DNA from: Eledone cirrhosa
Lineage: Eukaryota
NCBI GenBank assembly: GCA_964016885.1
Contig: OZ024745.1
Location: forward strand, 118,978,001-119,042,000
DNA length: 64,000 nucleotides
Direction: 5' to 3'
Below, piece after piece: positions 1 through 13,049 of the stretch. The notes beneath the pieces were generated by a model. The model was not told where the DNA came from. It worked only from the letters and a program-made list of their open reading frames with translations, and ran no database searches. Numbering within the stretch: the stretch's first letter is position 1; every line of letters starts with the position of its first letter. The translations under genes were made by a program, and so were the position numbers.

Positions 1-198
1 TTGTTACCTGTGGTTGATAGCGGCTGATGTGGAATAGTATTAGAGACCAGAAGTGATGTAGAAGCACTCGACATCGTTATTATTCATATATTTGCTGATT
101 CGTTGCTGGGTAGGTGAGGGACTGAGTGCTTTTATCAATGAATATTCTCTCTCTTTTGGTTACAACTTCTTTGACTGCTGATCTAATAAAGAGAAAAA

Positions 199-269
<71 letters not shown>

Positions 270-271
<2 letters not shown>

Positions 272-365
272 AAAAGGTATGACCCCGACGGCAGAGCTCA
301 AGCCGTTTCGACGGCTATTTCTGGTGCGTTATGGTCCATCTGGTTCCTTACCACAACTCCTTCGT
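270..365. mobile_element. PLE pLTR-like fragment, family X (other copies 28268-28750, 47345-47570, 51246-51425)
   Basis: Shared sequence GACCCCGACGGC..GAGCTCAAGCCGTTTCGACGGCTA and CATCTGGTTCCTTACCAC; flanked by (TA)n. Confidence 0.7.
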
Positions 366-579
366 TATATATATATATGTGAACCGAAGAGATTGTTTTG
401 TTAAAAACAGGAGCAACATCTTTATTAATGTTATATATACCCATACATATATACATATACACACACACACACATAATATATATATATATATATATTAACA
501 GTAGCACTAAGATAGCGTTTAAGCATAATAGATGTACATATGAAAACATGTAAACATATATGTTTATGTTTTCATATAC

Positions 580-684
<105 letters not shown>

Positions 685-701
685 CAATACATACATACAT
701 A

Positions 702-742
702 CGATGACTCCAAACGAGAGTTTAGAAGAAACGATTGTCAGC
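702..742 (+). ncRNA. Degenerate hammerhead ribozyme motif in the PLE 5' pLTR
   Basis: CGATGA-CTCCAAAC-GAGA-GTTTAGAA-GAAAC-GATT-GTC-AGC; 5' arm of stem I lost to a microsatellite; second copy on the minus strand at 36954-36999. Confidence 0.6.
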
Positions 743-3368
743 TATTAAATGATTTGAACACAACTTTGATAATTGTATAATTTATTTATTTTCCTGCTCT
801 GTAAAACCACTGATGTTCATAGATTGAGCTATTTCTCTTACTGGTAATAAGGTAATAAGAAATTACTGACCTTCCTGTTTATAGTTGTTTATAGTACATA
901 CATAACTATAAATAGTATTATTATTATTTACTGCTCCATACAGTTGAGCTAACATACATTAAATTACCAGTATGCTTATCAAAGATCACCTTCCTACGTC
1001 TACTAAGAACATACCAATACCACCTAAAGATACATATGAAAAATTATTGATTAATAGTGTCAACTCCTTTATCAATAGAGTGAGATGGAGGACATTCATT
1101 ACGATAGAAACCGTTCAGACAAAAACAGAGATACACATAATTTCGACAATTACGGCTTTAAAACATTTAAAAGCCCTCCTCACAACACATTATTAAACTC
1201 CTTTGAACATGATCTAATTAAACTAGTTAAGAATATAAAATGCAAAAAACATCATAATAGAAACAAAACCTTCTTAAACTACCTTAACTCCACTATTAAA
1301 GGATTTAATAAAAATAAAAAATCCTAGTGCATGCAGATAAAACTAATAATATATATATTAGCTTACGATACTTATAGAAAATTTATATATAAGGAACTGC
1401 ATAGGAACTACAAGAAAACTACTACTAAAAACCTAGAAGATATAAATATTGAAGGCCGTAATATAGTGAGTAAATTAGGACTTCAGAGACACACACAGCC
1501 ATACACCCCTAATCCCCCAAGATTCTCTCTGAAGGATCATAAAGAAGACTTCATTAGTAACCCTTCAATTAGACTGATTTGCCCTTCCAAATCTGACATT
1601 GGTACTATCAGCAAGAAAATAATGGATAGAATCATCCCATAATTTAAGCACAAAATATACCTTAACCAATGGGGAAATACGAGTGAGGTTATTGAATGGT
1701 TCAAGGGTATTAAAGAGTGTAAAACAAAAAAATTATACAATTTGATATCAATTCATAGTACACCTCTATTTCCCCTATCCTATTAAACAAGGATTTAATT
1801 ATAGCCATGAACAATAGTGACCTGACTAGATCCCAAATTGATGTCATACTTGCGGCCCGAAAAACCATAATTACATTTGAAGAACAATTATGGACCCGCA
1901 AGGATACGCATAACAACTTCGACATAACCATGGGATCTAGTGACTCGGCGCAGGTCACCGATTTGGTGGGCCTATACCTACTTAATGAAATTCATAAGAA
2001 CCTATCCTACCTCAACGGTGGTTTATACCGCGATGATGCGCTTCTTCTTATAGACTATAACAAATTTAATATAGAAAAAACTACGAAACAGTTACACAAA
2101 ATTTTCAAAAACTTCAACTTCCTTGATGCTACCCTTAGCCTAGACTCTAAAATATACACACCCTATCATAAACCTAACGAAAAACTAATTTATGTGAACA
2201 CCAACTCTAACCACCCTAAATCCATATTAAACTCTATTACTAAAGGAATATCTAATAGAATCTCTAATCTATCATATAATGAAACCATATTTAACAATAA
2301 TTCACAATACTATAATGATGCCTTAGCTAAATCAGGACATAAGAATGAGATTGAATTCCTACCTATAAAATCACATAGTTACAACATTATTTCTCATAAT
2401 ATGGCCATGAGGAAAAATGGTAAAAACACTAGCCACTATAACTTTAGGGCGAAGATTAATACCAAACTTAACTCGCACCAAAGTAAACACCACAATAATA
2501 ATATAAACAGGGATATAAATACATAAAAAAACAATACTATAAACAAAAATAGAAGAACTAATACATTCTTCAATCCCCCTTTCAATCTAAACGTCTCTAC
2601 CAACTTGCCTAAGGCTTTCTTCTCAATCTTAGAAAAAAACTTCCCAACCGGCCTTATCAATAAAAATACAATTAAAATATCGGACTCCACCACACCTAAC
2701 ATAGCATACCATATAGCTAGAAGTAATAAAAGGAAGATTAATAATTATTTCCAACTAATTAAAAGACACAGGAGGTAAACTTAGTACCTGTAAACAATAA
2801 TAGTAATAATTGTAATAATGATAATAGCACTAATGAAATCAACAACAATACAAATGATAGACATCATTACCCTAGTGCTATCCCTAGCAACCAGAATTCT
2901 TCACAACATAGGAACCGGCAAGCTAACACCCAGAATAAATGTAACTGAAGAACTAATAGAACTTGCCCCTTAGGTAATAATTGCTTTACCAAAGACATCA
3001 TCTACTCATGCACCGTCAACGCAAACAACTCTTCTAAAACATATATAGGCTCTACTTCGAACAGGTTCAAGACGAGATACAACTCGTACCTCCACTCTTT
3101 CAAAAATCACAATCTAGCCAGCTCCACTTCTTTATCTAGCTACGTACACTCTATGAAAACTAGGAATAGACCATTTACACTGCAATGGGAAGTAGTAGGT
3201 AGGGCCTCGTCGTATAAACCACCGAATAAATTGTGTAATCTCTGCCTTCTGGAGACCCATACTATAATATTTTCGAAACTAGACCTCCTTTATGGAAAGT
3301 CAGAGACATTTTCCTCGTGCCAACACCGGCAACGAAACTCGTTCCATAACTTTAAACCTAGCTGTTAG
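702..3368 (+). mobile_element. Penelope-like retroelement (PLE), decayed: 5' pLTR, RT and C-terminal GIY-YIG endonuclease
   Basis: Broken ORFs 972-3368 give RT motifs (FDITMGSSDSAQVTDLVGLYLL, GGLYRDDAL, PYHKPN..YVNTNSNHP), then CN*R..CPLGNNC, IIYSCTV..TYIGST..FKTRY, CNLCLLE, SCQHR. Several frameshifts and stops. A-rich 3' region probably continues to about 4600. Confidence 0.92.
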
Positions 3369-4635
3369 CATACAACAATGTCAGATTTGAATTCCCCACC
3401 ACCATTAACACCACACATCTAGGACTTAACAGCACGCACAACCACAAACCCTTCGACCAACTCTTTCCTCTACACAACTCCTATTCATCTCTAACCTTAT
3501 GCTCTGCAATAACAGTTAGAATTAAACATAGAGTTACCACCTTGTGATATAACTACAATAGATTATATCATATACTGTAATGGATATTTGGTACTTAGTA
3601 TGTCGAGACATTTAATGTAATATGTGATAATAAACTATATATGCATTTATAATTATATAATTAAATACTTAAATTAATAACATGTATATACCTTTAACAC
3701 AACATAATAATAATAAAGTATATATGCATTTATAATTAAATATAAAATGTAATAGCATTGTATATTAGGGATTAACTTTCAAAACAATAATGTATATTAT
3801 GACACATATGATATATCTATTTGGACATATTAACAGCTATACTGTTAATATGTTACTTAGTAACATATACCTTGTCCAGTAATGAATAGCTAACAATCTA
3901 AAGAGACCTTTAATGTATGATAGTAAAATACACTGTATTTAAAATCAGGTATAAATATACAGCGTTATGTCACAGAGATTCAATGGTATCACATTATAAT
4001 GTGTATTAGAACAAAGAATTTTAATAACTGAATTGAACTTAATTAGCTAATTACCTCCCCTTACGCATTAGCTCCCCTTATTCACTTCCGGAAATTAACG
4101 ATTGGAAAATTTACCAGTTGATCAAACATAGTCTATGAATATGAATACATTAAGACTAATTTACAATCCATTGCCCTAACTAACTTAAAACATTCAATAT
4201 AAACATTAACTAAAATTTAATTAAACATATGTCATGGAAAAGTCTGCAAAAACTGTAGGTTTCTCAACACACACAAATTCGAACACCATCAGCATAGAGC
4301 ATCCACCATAGATTCTAATACATTAACATATTTGCTTAAAGTGCAGTATTTATTCATCTATATTTGCATAATAGCTTTGCGTGTCTCCTTCTCATGTATA
4401 TGACTAACGCAGTTGCACTCTCTACACACCTGCATATAAATGGTTAATATACTCTTCCTTTCTCAAAACTACTTTCTCAATGCCTCTTTAATGATTGGAC
4501 TATTCTCTTGTTTTATCTGTTGCATGTATTCCACTCCATGCTTTTGATTTGAATTTGAATTTGAACTTGAATGTTTGTACAATTATTGTACAATTCTCTT
4601 AAAATATATGTCACATCCATTCCACCCTGTAAATA

Positions 4636-4758
4636 CGATCTGAGTTCAAATCCCGCCGAGGTTGACTTTGCCTTTCATCCTTACGGGGTCGATAAAATAA
4701 AGTACCAGTAATGCACTGGGTAATTGCTGGCCTTGTGCCTAAAGTAGAAACAATTATT
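4636..4758 (+). mobile_element. tRNA-derived SINE, 5'-truncated
   Basis: B box GAGTTCAAATCC, central GACTTTGCCTTTCATCCTTACGGGGTCGATAAA, (ATT)n tail. Confidence 0.85.
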
Positions 4759-4846
4759 ATAACAATATGACCCTCCCCAAGTATAACAATATCTGTTTCG
4801 ACACACGATTTCATATGAAAAACCTCACAAAACAAATTCATCGCCG

Positions 4847-4938
<92 letters not shown>

Positions 4939-4949
4939 GTAGATAGATA

Positions 4950-5295
4950 TATTTCTTTATTTGCCAAAAGGACGTACAGAAATGGGACATTACAAGACGT
5001 GAAGGCAGGGGTTTTACCTAAAACCTTTAACAATAATAATGGATAACTATATAATATATACAAAATAAAGCAATCGAAGTTCTCAATATATAGAACAACC
5101 CTCAACACCAGGGCCAAATTTTGTAGGTGTTCCCGTCTTCCCTCTGTTTGTCTTCCTCAACCTACAGGTTTATATACAGAGAAGGCCGATTCACTCGTGC
5201 CATTTTCGCCACATTCACCCACCTTTCAGCCTATTTACTGGGGTGTAGCACTTCTCTCTCCACCCTCACCTTCCTTTAAAATTGTTATTTGAAAA
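4950..5295 (-). mobile_element. Tx1/L1-type LINE 3' end fragment
   Basis: Paralogous to 5700-5810 (C-terminus WV.VA.MARVN); ends AATAAAGAAA then (TATC)n. Confidence 0.7.
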
Positions 5296-5338
5296 GGGAT
5301 AGGTAGGTTGGAAGATAGATAGATAGTTAGGTAGGTAT

Positions 5339-5419
<81 letters not shown>

Positions 5420-5421
<2 letters not shown>

Positions 5422-7578
5422 TGTTTCTTTTATTTGCCACCAGGGCATCAAAAGTGGGACAAGTACAATGGGGGGAGTTTACAAAACAAGGCGTCCTCAA
5501 TAAGGAGGAGGCAATAACAATATATAAAAATAAAATAAAATATAATAAAAAATAAAATTTATAACAAAGTCCTCAATAGAGAGGAGGCGCCTTGGGGGGT
5601 CGCACACACCCCCGAAAAAAGTGTGCAACCCTTCTCCTCAGGAGCACAGAGAAGGGGTGCTCCCTTGGTCTTTCATCTTCCTCACCTATAGTCTGATGTA
5701 GAGTGAAGGCACATTCACACGGGCCATTCTCGCCACTTTCACCCATCTTTCATAGAAACGGCTGGGGTGCAGCACCTCTCTCTCCATCCTGATCCTTCTT
5801 CCGAAATGATATCGGAAGAAACGGACCAGTTGTTGGCCAGAGAGAAAGGTGTCTGACCTCAGTCCTTTCAGACGCGTCCACCATACAACCTCTTTCGCCA
5901 TGGCTATTACGCACAGAAACACCGCCTCTCCTTCGTTTTTGAAGAGGGGAGGCGGCTTGATCGTTACAATAGACTCGGTGGTCAACCGGATCGGTCCCAC
6001 CCTTGACAGCAGTTGTTCGACATAGCCCCACAGATCGGCAATGCCCGAGCAGTGTACCAGTGCGTGGGCAACGGTTTCCTCGTCGCACACGCATCTGGGA
6101 CAGATCTTTTTCGATGGGTCCCTACCCGGGCGCCCGTGTCTGTAGAGCCTTTCTCGAACGGGCAGAGCCCTTCTGTAGCATTGCCAGGCCAGGGACCTCT
6201 GGAAGTTATCCATGGGTCCCGGGCTGAATGTCCTACCGAACAGGTTGGCCAGTTCGTCTTCCTCCATGACTAGGGCTTCTCCGAGGGCGTCGTCGCACCT
6301 GCTAACCACCAGCCCTCTATAGAATGACGAGGTGGATTCTCCACTGACAGCCGGGTCCGCCTGCCAGAGAGCCGTGAGCGCCTGGGCACACTCGGTGTGC
6401 CAGGCGCCCAGTTTTCTCGGTCTTTGCTTGACCCAGGATTGCAGCTCGGTGAGTGAGACGAGTCTGGGAAAGGCTCGCCTCACAAACGGGGCCCACACCG
6501 GTTGACCGGAGAGGAATACCTGAAGGTGCCGTAGCCTTAATGCGTGTTTACGTATCATTAGCCACGGCATCCCCAGCCCTCCTTTCGAAGGGTGTTGACA
6601 GCAGATGGATCTCCTCACCATAAGAGCCCGCTTCTTCCAAAGGAATTGGAAGAGTGCGCGCTCCATTTTGGCGAGAGTTTCCCTTGGGCAAGGCACAACG
6701 GTCAAGCGGTAGTAGATGACGGACGCTATATAAGTGTTCGCCACCTCCGCCCGACTTTCAGGGACAGTTTGCACTCGGCCCACTTCTGGGTCAGTGCAAA
6801 CACCCTGTTCGTCACCTCACCCCAGTTCTTCTCCACCTGGAGGTCTGGTCCGAACCAGACCCCGAGCAACTTCACCGGGCCCTCCGTCCAGCGCCCGACG
6901 ACGCCATCGGAGGGCATCGATCTGCCCCTCCACGTGCCGAGTTGCAGACCGATCGACTTGTCCCGGTTCAGCTTAGCCCCTGTAAACCTTTCGTACTCCT
7001 CCAGTAAGGTGCCGATCGCCCGATTTCCGAGGCCGTCGACACCATTACTGTTACGTCATCGGCGTAGGCTGACACCGCTTTCCGCAATCCCGGTTCCAAC
7101 GGGATGCCCTGCAACAACTCCAACTTCCGCAGCAGTGGCTCTAGAGTCATTACATACAGAAGGGAGGAGAGAGGGCACCCCTGTCGGATGGACCGCGCGA
7201 TTTCGAACGGCTCCGAGAGGTAGCCGTTCACCTTGACCCTAGAGCAGATGTGGCTGCTGTGCATGGCATTGATCCAGCCCCTGAAAACGGGTCCGAAGCC
7301 TGCCGCCGCTAGCACCGCATCCAGGTAACCATGGTCGACCCTATCGAATGCCTTAGATTGATCCAAGTTGATCAGGGCCCCACCAAAGCCGGGTTCGTTC
7401 CCAACCCTCTCTATGATGTATCGCATGAGGTGGAGGTTATCGTGGATGGACCTGGACGGGATAGCACATGTCTGCGCATCTCCCACCAGGTTGCCCACGA
7501 CAAGCGCCAACCTCTTTGCTAGCACCTTGGCCAAAATCTGTAACTCTGTATTTAGCAGAGTTATGGGCCTGAAATTAT
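5420..7578 (-). mobile_element. Tx1/L1-clade non-LTR retrotransposon, 5'-truncated, frameshifted ORF2 (RT + C-terminal Zn finger)
   Basis: LINLDQSKAFDRVDH, SIRQGCPLSSLLYV, SAYADDVT, KLLGVWF, GGLGMP, CPRC..ETVAHALVHC; GC-rich island; (AGAT)n on both sides. Confidence 0.93.
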
Positions 7579-7607
7579 TTATATATTAGGTTAGGTAGAT
7601 AGATAGG

Positions 7608-7668
<61 letters not shown>

Positions 7669-8066
7669 GGATAGATAGATAGATAGATGGATAGGTAGAT
7701 AGAAACCTATAACAAAAGTCATTCCGAGCATGACCACCACGTGTACGTTTTCAATAAATTAAAGACTGCATTGATCAATATTTCTCTACCTTTTTTAAAG
7801 AGAGTGGAATTTGAGTTGGTGAAGATTTGGTTGCTATTTCTAACAGGTTCTTGTCATTGACCACATATTTAACTAGAAAACTAGATATATTTCTCTATTT
7901 GCCACAAGGGCGCACAAGAAAAGGGGACAATACAAAGACATATGCCGGGGATTTTACATACAGTCGCGTAAAAATATTTATCTAGAAAACTAGATAGAGA
8001 GAAAGGAAATGACATGGGTAGGAAGACACACGCTCTTTCTCTCACCCCTCTCTCTCTCTAACTCTC

Positions 8067-8128
<62 letters not shown>

Positions 8129-8420
8129 GCATATATATATATAATTATTATATATAAACGGAAAAAATGAAACGAAATTTCATTTCCCACTCCTAGTACG
8201 GCTGTTACTTAAATATAAGTATGTACACGTACATACATATATGTATACAGACGTACAGTAGTATATATATATATACATACATGCACACATATATATATAT
8301 GTACGTATGGATTCGCCGAACATTTATTATAATGCTCGGTGTGTTTGTAAACAAACATCCCGTATCAAGCCGTGGTGTCTAGCAACCATCGTTGCTCGTT
8401 TGTTCAACACTGACAAAGGA

Positions 8421-8463
8421 ACGCTGTACTAGTTTCAAGCTTATTAGCTATCGTCAGCAACGT
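8421..8463 (-). ncRNA. Minimal type I hammerhead ribozyme
   Basis: Reverse-complement copy of 8839-8881. Confidence 0.8.
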
Positions 8464-8681
8464 ATACCTTCCTGCCAGATTGTTGAACGTATATACTTAC
8501 CTTATGCATATTAACGGCTGAGTAGCCCAATTTGCATATCGAGTGGGTTAATCGGCCGGGTGCACCGAAAACGATAAACGGAAAAAATGAAACTAAATTT
8601 CATTTCCCACTCCTAGTACGGCTGTTACTTAAATATAAGTATGTACACGTACATACATACATGCATACAGACGTACAGTAG

Positions 8682-8723
<42 letters not shown>

Positions 8724-8838
8724 CATGCACACATATATATATGTACGTATGGATTCACCGAACATTTATGGTAATGCTCGTCAGCCGTTAATATGCATAA
8801 GGTAAGTATATACGTTCAACAATCTGGCAGGAAGGTAT

Positions 8839-8881
8839 ACGTTGCTGACGACAGCTAATAAGCTTGAAACTAGTACAGCGT
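8839..8881 (+). ncRNA. Minimal type I hammerhead ribozyme
   Basis: ACGTTG-CTGACGA-C AGCT AATA AGCT T-GAAAC TA GT A-CAGCGT; palindromic stem III ACTAGT; GUA site. Confidence 0.82.
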
Positions 8882-9245
8882 TCCTTTGTCAGTGTTGAAC
8901 AAACGAGCAACGATGGTTGCTAGACACTATGACTTAATACGGGATGTTTGTTTACAAACACACCGAGCATTACAATAAATGTCGGTGAATCCATACGTAC
9001 ATATATATATGTGTGCATGTATGTATATATATATATGCATACTACTGTACGTCTGTCTGCATGTATGTATGTACATGTACATACTTATATTATATATACG
9101 TATAAATATCTCTGCATAGCATAACGTGTATTAAATTCAAAGATAACATAACAATAGGAATACCTATAGTTTAAATCATAAGCCTAGCTGTGAGGCTAAT
9201 GATTTAAACTAGATATTCGTCTTAACAAAAATAACTACATTATTT

Positions 9246-9560
9246 TCTTTGCCTTTCATCCTTACGGGGTCGATAAAATAAAGTACCAGTAATGCACTGG
9301 GTAATTGCTGGCCTTGTGCCTAAAGTAGAAACAATTATTTTCTTAGATTGGCAATATCGGTAGAGCGTCGAACACCATGCTTTGTAGCATAGAGTTACAT
9401 CCCTTTGCGTTCTGGGTTCAAATCTCGCCGAGGTTAGCTTTGCCTTTCATCCTAACGGCCGTTGATAAATAAAGTACCAGTAATGCACTGGGGTCAATCT
9501 AAACGACTCCCCCTCCTCCAAAATTGCTGGCATTGTTCCTAAAGTAGAAACAATTATTCT
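9246..9560 (+). mobile_element. Two adjacent tRNA-SINE copies
   Basis: Same SINE core and tail as 4636-4758; the second has A box TGGCAATATCGG. Confidence 0.8.
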
Positions 9561-9564
9561 CTTC

Positions 9565-9861
9565 ATATATAGGATGGGGACATTGTGTGTGACGGTGGCA
9601 TCGAACCACAGACTACGCAGCACCTCCTGATAAGCCCTCTGCTGGAACACCCCTGCACAGCATTGGACTTGGTAGATTTCAATGAGTAAGGATAGCACCA
9701 CACCAAGCCAAGCTTTGTAACTGACAGTCTTGTGGGAACGACAAGAATATATATATATACACACCAAACAGTGAGTGTGTTCTGTTATTATTTCTGGCAA
9801 TATTAAATATTATTACAACAATATGGCCCTCCCCAAGTATAATATATATATATATATTATT

Positions 9862-9899
<38 letters not shown>

Positions 9900-10110
9900 T
9901 ATGTAAAGGATGGGGAGGTTGTGTGTGACTGCCGCATCGAACCACAGGCTACGCAGCACCTCCTGATATGCCCCCTGCTGGAACACCTCTGTACAGCATT
10001 GGACTTGGCAGAGTTTAATGAGAAAGGACAGCAATGTGTTCAGCTGTAGTGGAACCACATCTAGCCAAGCTTTGTAACTGACACTCTTGTGGACATGACA
10101 AGAAGAAGAC
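9565..10110 (+). mobile_element. Two 3'-end fragments (9565-9745, 9900-10110) of a LINE, Ingi/Vingi-like
   Basis: CDCRIEPQATQHLLICP C-terminal Zn-finger motif followed by a short UTR and (AAG)n tail; clade call tentative. Confidence 0.6.
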
Positions 10111-10145
10111 TCGTTTATTCTTGTATATATATAGTGTGTATATAT

Positions 10146-10337
10146 AATTGTTTCTACTTTTTGGCACAAGGCCAGCAATTATCCCAGTGCATTACTGCTA
10201 CTTTATTTTATCGACCTCGTAAGGATGAAAGGCAAAGTTAACCTCGGCGGGATTTGAACTCAGACCATAAATGGCTGTAACTCTATGCTGCAAAGCATGG
10301 CGTCCGACTTTTACCGATACCTCCAATCCACCGCCCT
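10146..10337 (-). mobile_element. tRNA-derived SINE, near full length
   Basis: A/B boxes, core and tail in reverse complement. Confidence 0.85.
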
Positions 10338-10627
10338 GAAGCGGAATTAAAATGACATTTCAAAGCCAGCCAAATAAACTGAAATGTCCAACTTATGATA
10401 TAAGTTCTATGATTGATTAAACTAAAGAATTATCTCAAAAGTGACCAGTAACAGGAAAAATGATGCTAAGTGCTATAAAAAGTCATTGTGATTTCCAAAT
10501 TGAGCAGCAAAACTCTGCATAAACATTTATAAAAAACGATAAACCAAAGACTGTTCACAAAACGGAAAAGAGAGCAGTTACAAAATATTTCTTTCTTTAT
10601 CAGAATAAAAATATTCCCATGATTTTG

Positions 10628-10713
10628 TATTGGGTCGTCAAGTATGAAATTTGTAGAAATTTGCAGAAAAAAAACAACAAATTTCTACAAATTTCATACT
10701 CGACGACCCAATA
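10628..10713. mobile_element. Mariner-like MITE
   Basis: About 35-bp terminal inverted repeats TA-TTGGGTCGTC(A/G)AGTATGAAATTTGTAGAAATTTG with TA at both ends. Confidence 0.65.
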
Positions 10714-10719
10714 TATAGA

Positions 10720-11340
10720 GAATGCACCCTGTCAAGCAGGATATAGAATTCAGCTTAAACAATCAGCCTAATTTGCATGACATGTAAATGTTAAGAGACC
10801 CAGGGGTAGGCCCTGAGCAAGATGGTGGGATAACATCCATGAGATACATGTTTAGCGGCGTAATTAGTTAAATAGTAAATATTTATTTGGAGAAGTAGTG
10901 GCTCTATCTCGATTGACGCTGCTTCTCCGAATTGAGAGATCACAGCTCCGATACTATGAGCATGTGGTTAGAATGTCTTAGGAAAGAATCCCTGGAGATA
11001 TTTGTACCTCAGAGATCAAAGAGTCATTCCAGGTAGAGCCACTACTTCTCCGAATTGACAGATCACAGCTCCGATACTATGGCCATGTGGTTAGAATGTC
11101 TCAAGAAAGAATCGCTGGACAGATTTTACGGGCGAAACCAATCGACAGGAGACCCAGGAATAGACCTTGAGTAAGATGGTTGGATAGCATCCATGAGCTT
11201 GGCTGGTCACGCTTGGAGATCCAGCCGGATCAGCTGGAGACGGTTGCTTCTGACAGGACCCGTTGGAGGGAGTGTTTGAGGACTCACACCACACGACCCT
11301 CTTAGGAATAAGTGGCGAAGAATAAGTGGCGAAGAAGAAG
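10720..11340 (+). mobile_element. RTE-clade LINE 3' fragments
   Basis: VEPLLLRIDRSQLRYYGHVVRM..RRPRNRP*VRWLDSI..DRTRWR; internal duplication; (AAG)n tail. Confidence 0.8.
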
Positions 11341-11725
11341 AAAAGAAAGAAGAAATATTCATACAAGAACGCATCGTTGCTATAGAAATATTTCTCTGTA
11401 AACAGACTCATAACGACACCACCCCACTCAATGTTTCATACAATAACGCTATATTAAGATTTACGGAGTTTAGTCGGCCGGGCGCACCGAAAACGATAAA
11501 TGGAATAGAAGAAACGAAATTTCATTTCTCACTCTTAGTACGGCAGTTACTTAAATGTAAGTATGTATGTATGTATACGTACATACATATATGTATACAG
11601 ACGTACAGTAGTATGTATATATATACATACATGCACACATATATATATGCACATATATATATGCACGTTTACCTAACATTTATTATAATGTTCGGTTTGT
11701 TTGTAAACAAACAAACAGCCCAAAT

Positions 11726-11772
<47 letters not shown>

Positions 11773-11804
11773 TACACGGGTGTGTATGATTGTGTATAGA
11801 AGAT

Positions 11805-12170
11805 TATATTAATAAAAGGAATTCCAACTTTGTCTGATTTACTCGTTTTATTTACAATCCTTTAAAATTTATAATGGTATTAGAATGAAATAGTATGGTA
11901 GAATATTAAATGTTAAGTGTTAATTGAACAAGTACTTTCATTCTTTCGCAATCTTCAGGCTTATATTCTGTGGTGACAGTCAAGTTTGCAATTTTCAACA
12001 GTTGAACATTGCAAACTTGACTGTCACCACAGAATTTGAACCTGAAGATTGCAAAATCATGAAAGTACTTGTTCAATTAACACTTAACATTTCATTCTAA
12101 TACCATTATAAATTTTAAAGGATTGTAAATAAAACGAGTAAATCAGACAAAGTTGGAATTCCTTTTATTA

Positions 12171-12172
<2 letters not shown>
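11805..12172. repeat. Fold-back inverted repeat (pLTR-like) with hammerhead motif at 12036-12076 (+) and 11924-11964 (-)
   Basis: Arms complementary about a centre near 12000; TTGAAC-CTGAAGA-..-GAAA GTAC T T-GTTCAA. Confidence 0.8.
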
Positions 12173-12218
<46 letters not shown>

Positions 12219-12253
12219 CCATGCCTTATTATACACTATTAATTATAGATTAT

Positions 12254-12370
12254 TTGAGTTCAAATCCCGCCGAGGTTGACTTTGCCTTTCATCCTTACGG
12301 GGTCGATAAAATAAAGTACTAGTAATGCACTGGGTAATTGCTGGCCTTGTGCCTAAAGTAGAAACAATTA
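12254..12370 (+). mobile_element. tRNA-derived SINE, 5'-truncated
   Basis: Core and tail match the family. Confidence 0.85.
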
Positions 12371-12706
12371 ATTATAGATTATTATTATTACTCTTTTTCC
12401 ATTTCTAATTACCTCATGTACCTTCTCCTCCGCTATATATATATATGTATTCTACGCCCTTTGTGTTTGTGTAGCCTCTGCGCACCCTCTGCACCATACT
12501 ATCGACGCCACCCCATCTATGGTTCAGCTAACCACCCGACTCCCGGGAATGAATATGACCGCAGCTAGTAAACAAGGACCCACACCCCACCCTCCCGCAC
12601 CAAAATTAGACTTATCGTCCCCTACTTTTGCTCTTTACACTCTTTACTCTTTGTTCTTGAGTGTTTGGTTGGTAGAGTCCATAACACCAATCAAACCCCT
12701 TTTATA

Positions 12707-12753
12707 GCTCTGATGAATCCTACGGTTACACGTAAGGAAGAAACATTGTTAGC
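12707..12753 (+). ncRNA. Hammerhead ribozyme motif
   Basis: GCT-CTGATGA-A TCCT ACG GTTACA CGT AAGGA A-GAAAC ATT GT T-AGC, followed by AATAAA. Confidence 0.65.
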
Positions 12754-12794
12754 CAATAAAAATCTTTTGATGTTGTAGACGCTCTTGTGTTCTT

Positions 12795-12834
<40 letters not shown>

Positions 12835-13049
12835 ATACATATTTATACAAATAAAAAAACATATAGATACGCATATACAGACATGTATACACAAACACAC
12901 TTACAGACACACACACAGACACACACGCACACAGATCTATCGTATGAACAAAAAAGCAGAGAGCAAATTTCAGATCACATATGCAATGTACAAGTTTCAT
13001 TGTTAAACTGTAAAGTTGTAAACTTCACGATTCAAACTTACTTGAGAGC

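Larger units (their letters stand above)
8154..9090. mobile_element. Hammerhead-containing tandem + inverted element (420-bp unit), retrozyme/pLTR-like, family Y
   Basis: The sequence at 8161 recurs at 8581 (offset 420); 8781-9090 is the reverse complement of about 8215-8520; partial copy at 11465-11720. Confidence 0.85.
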
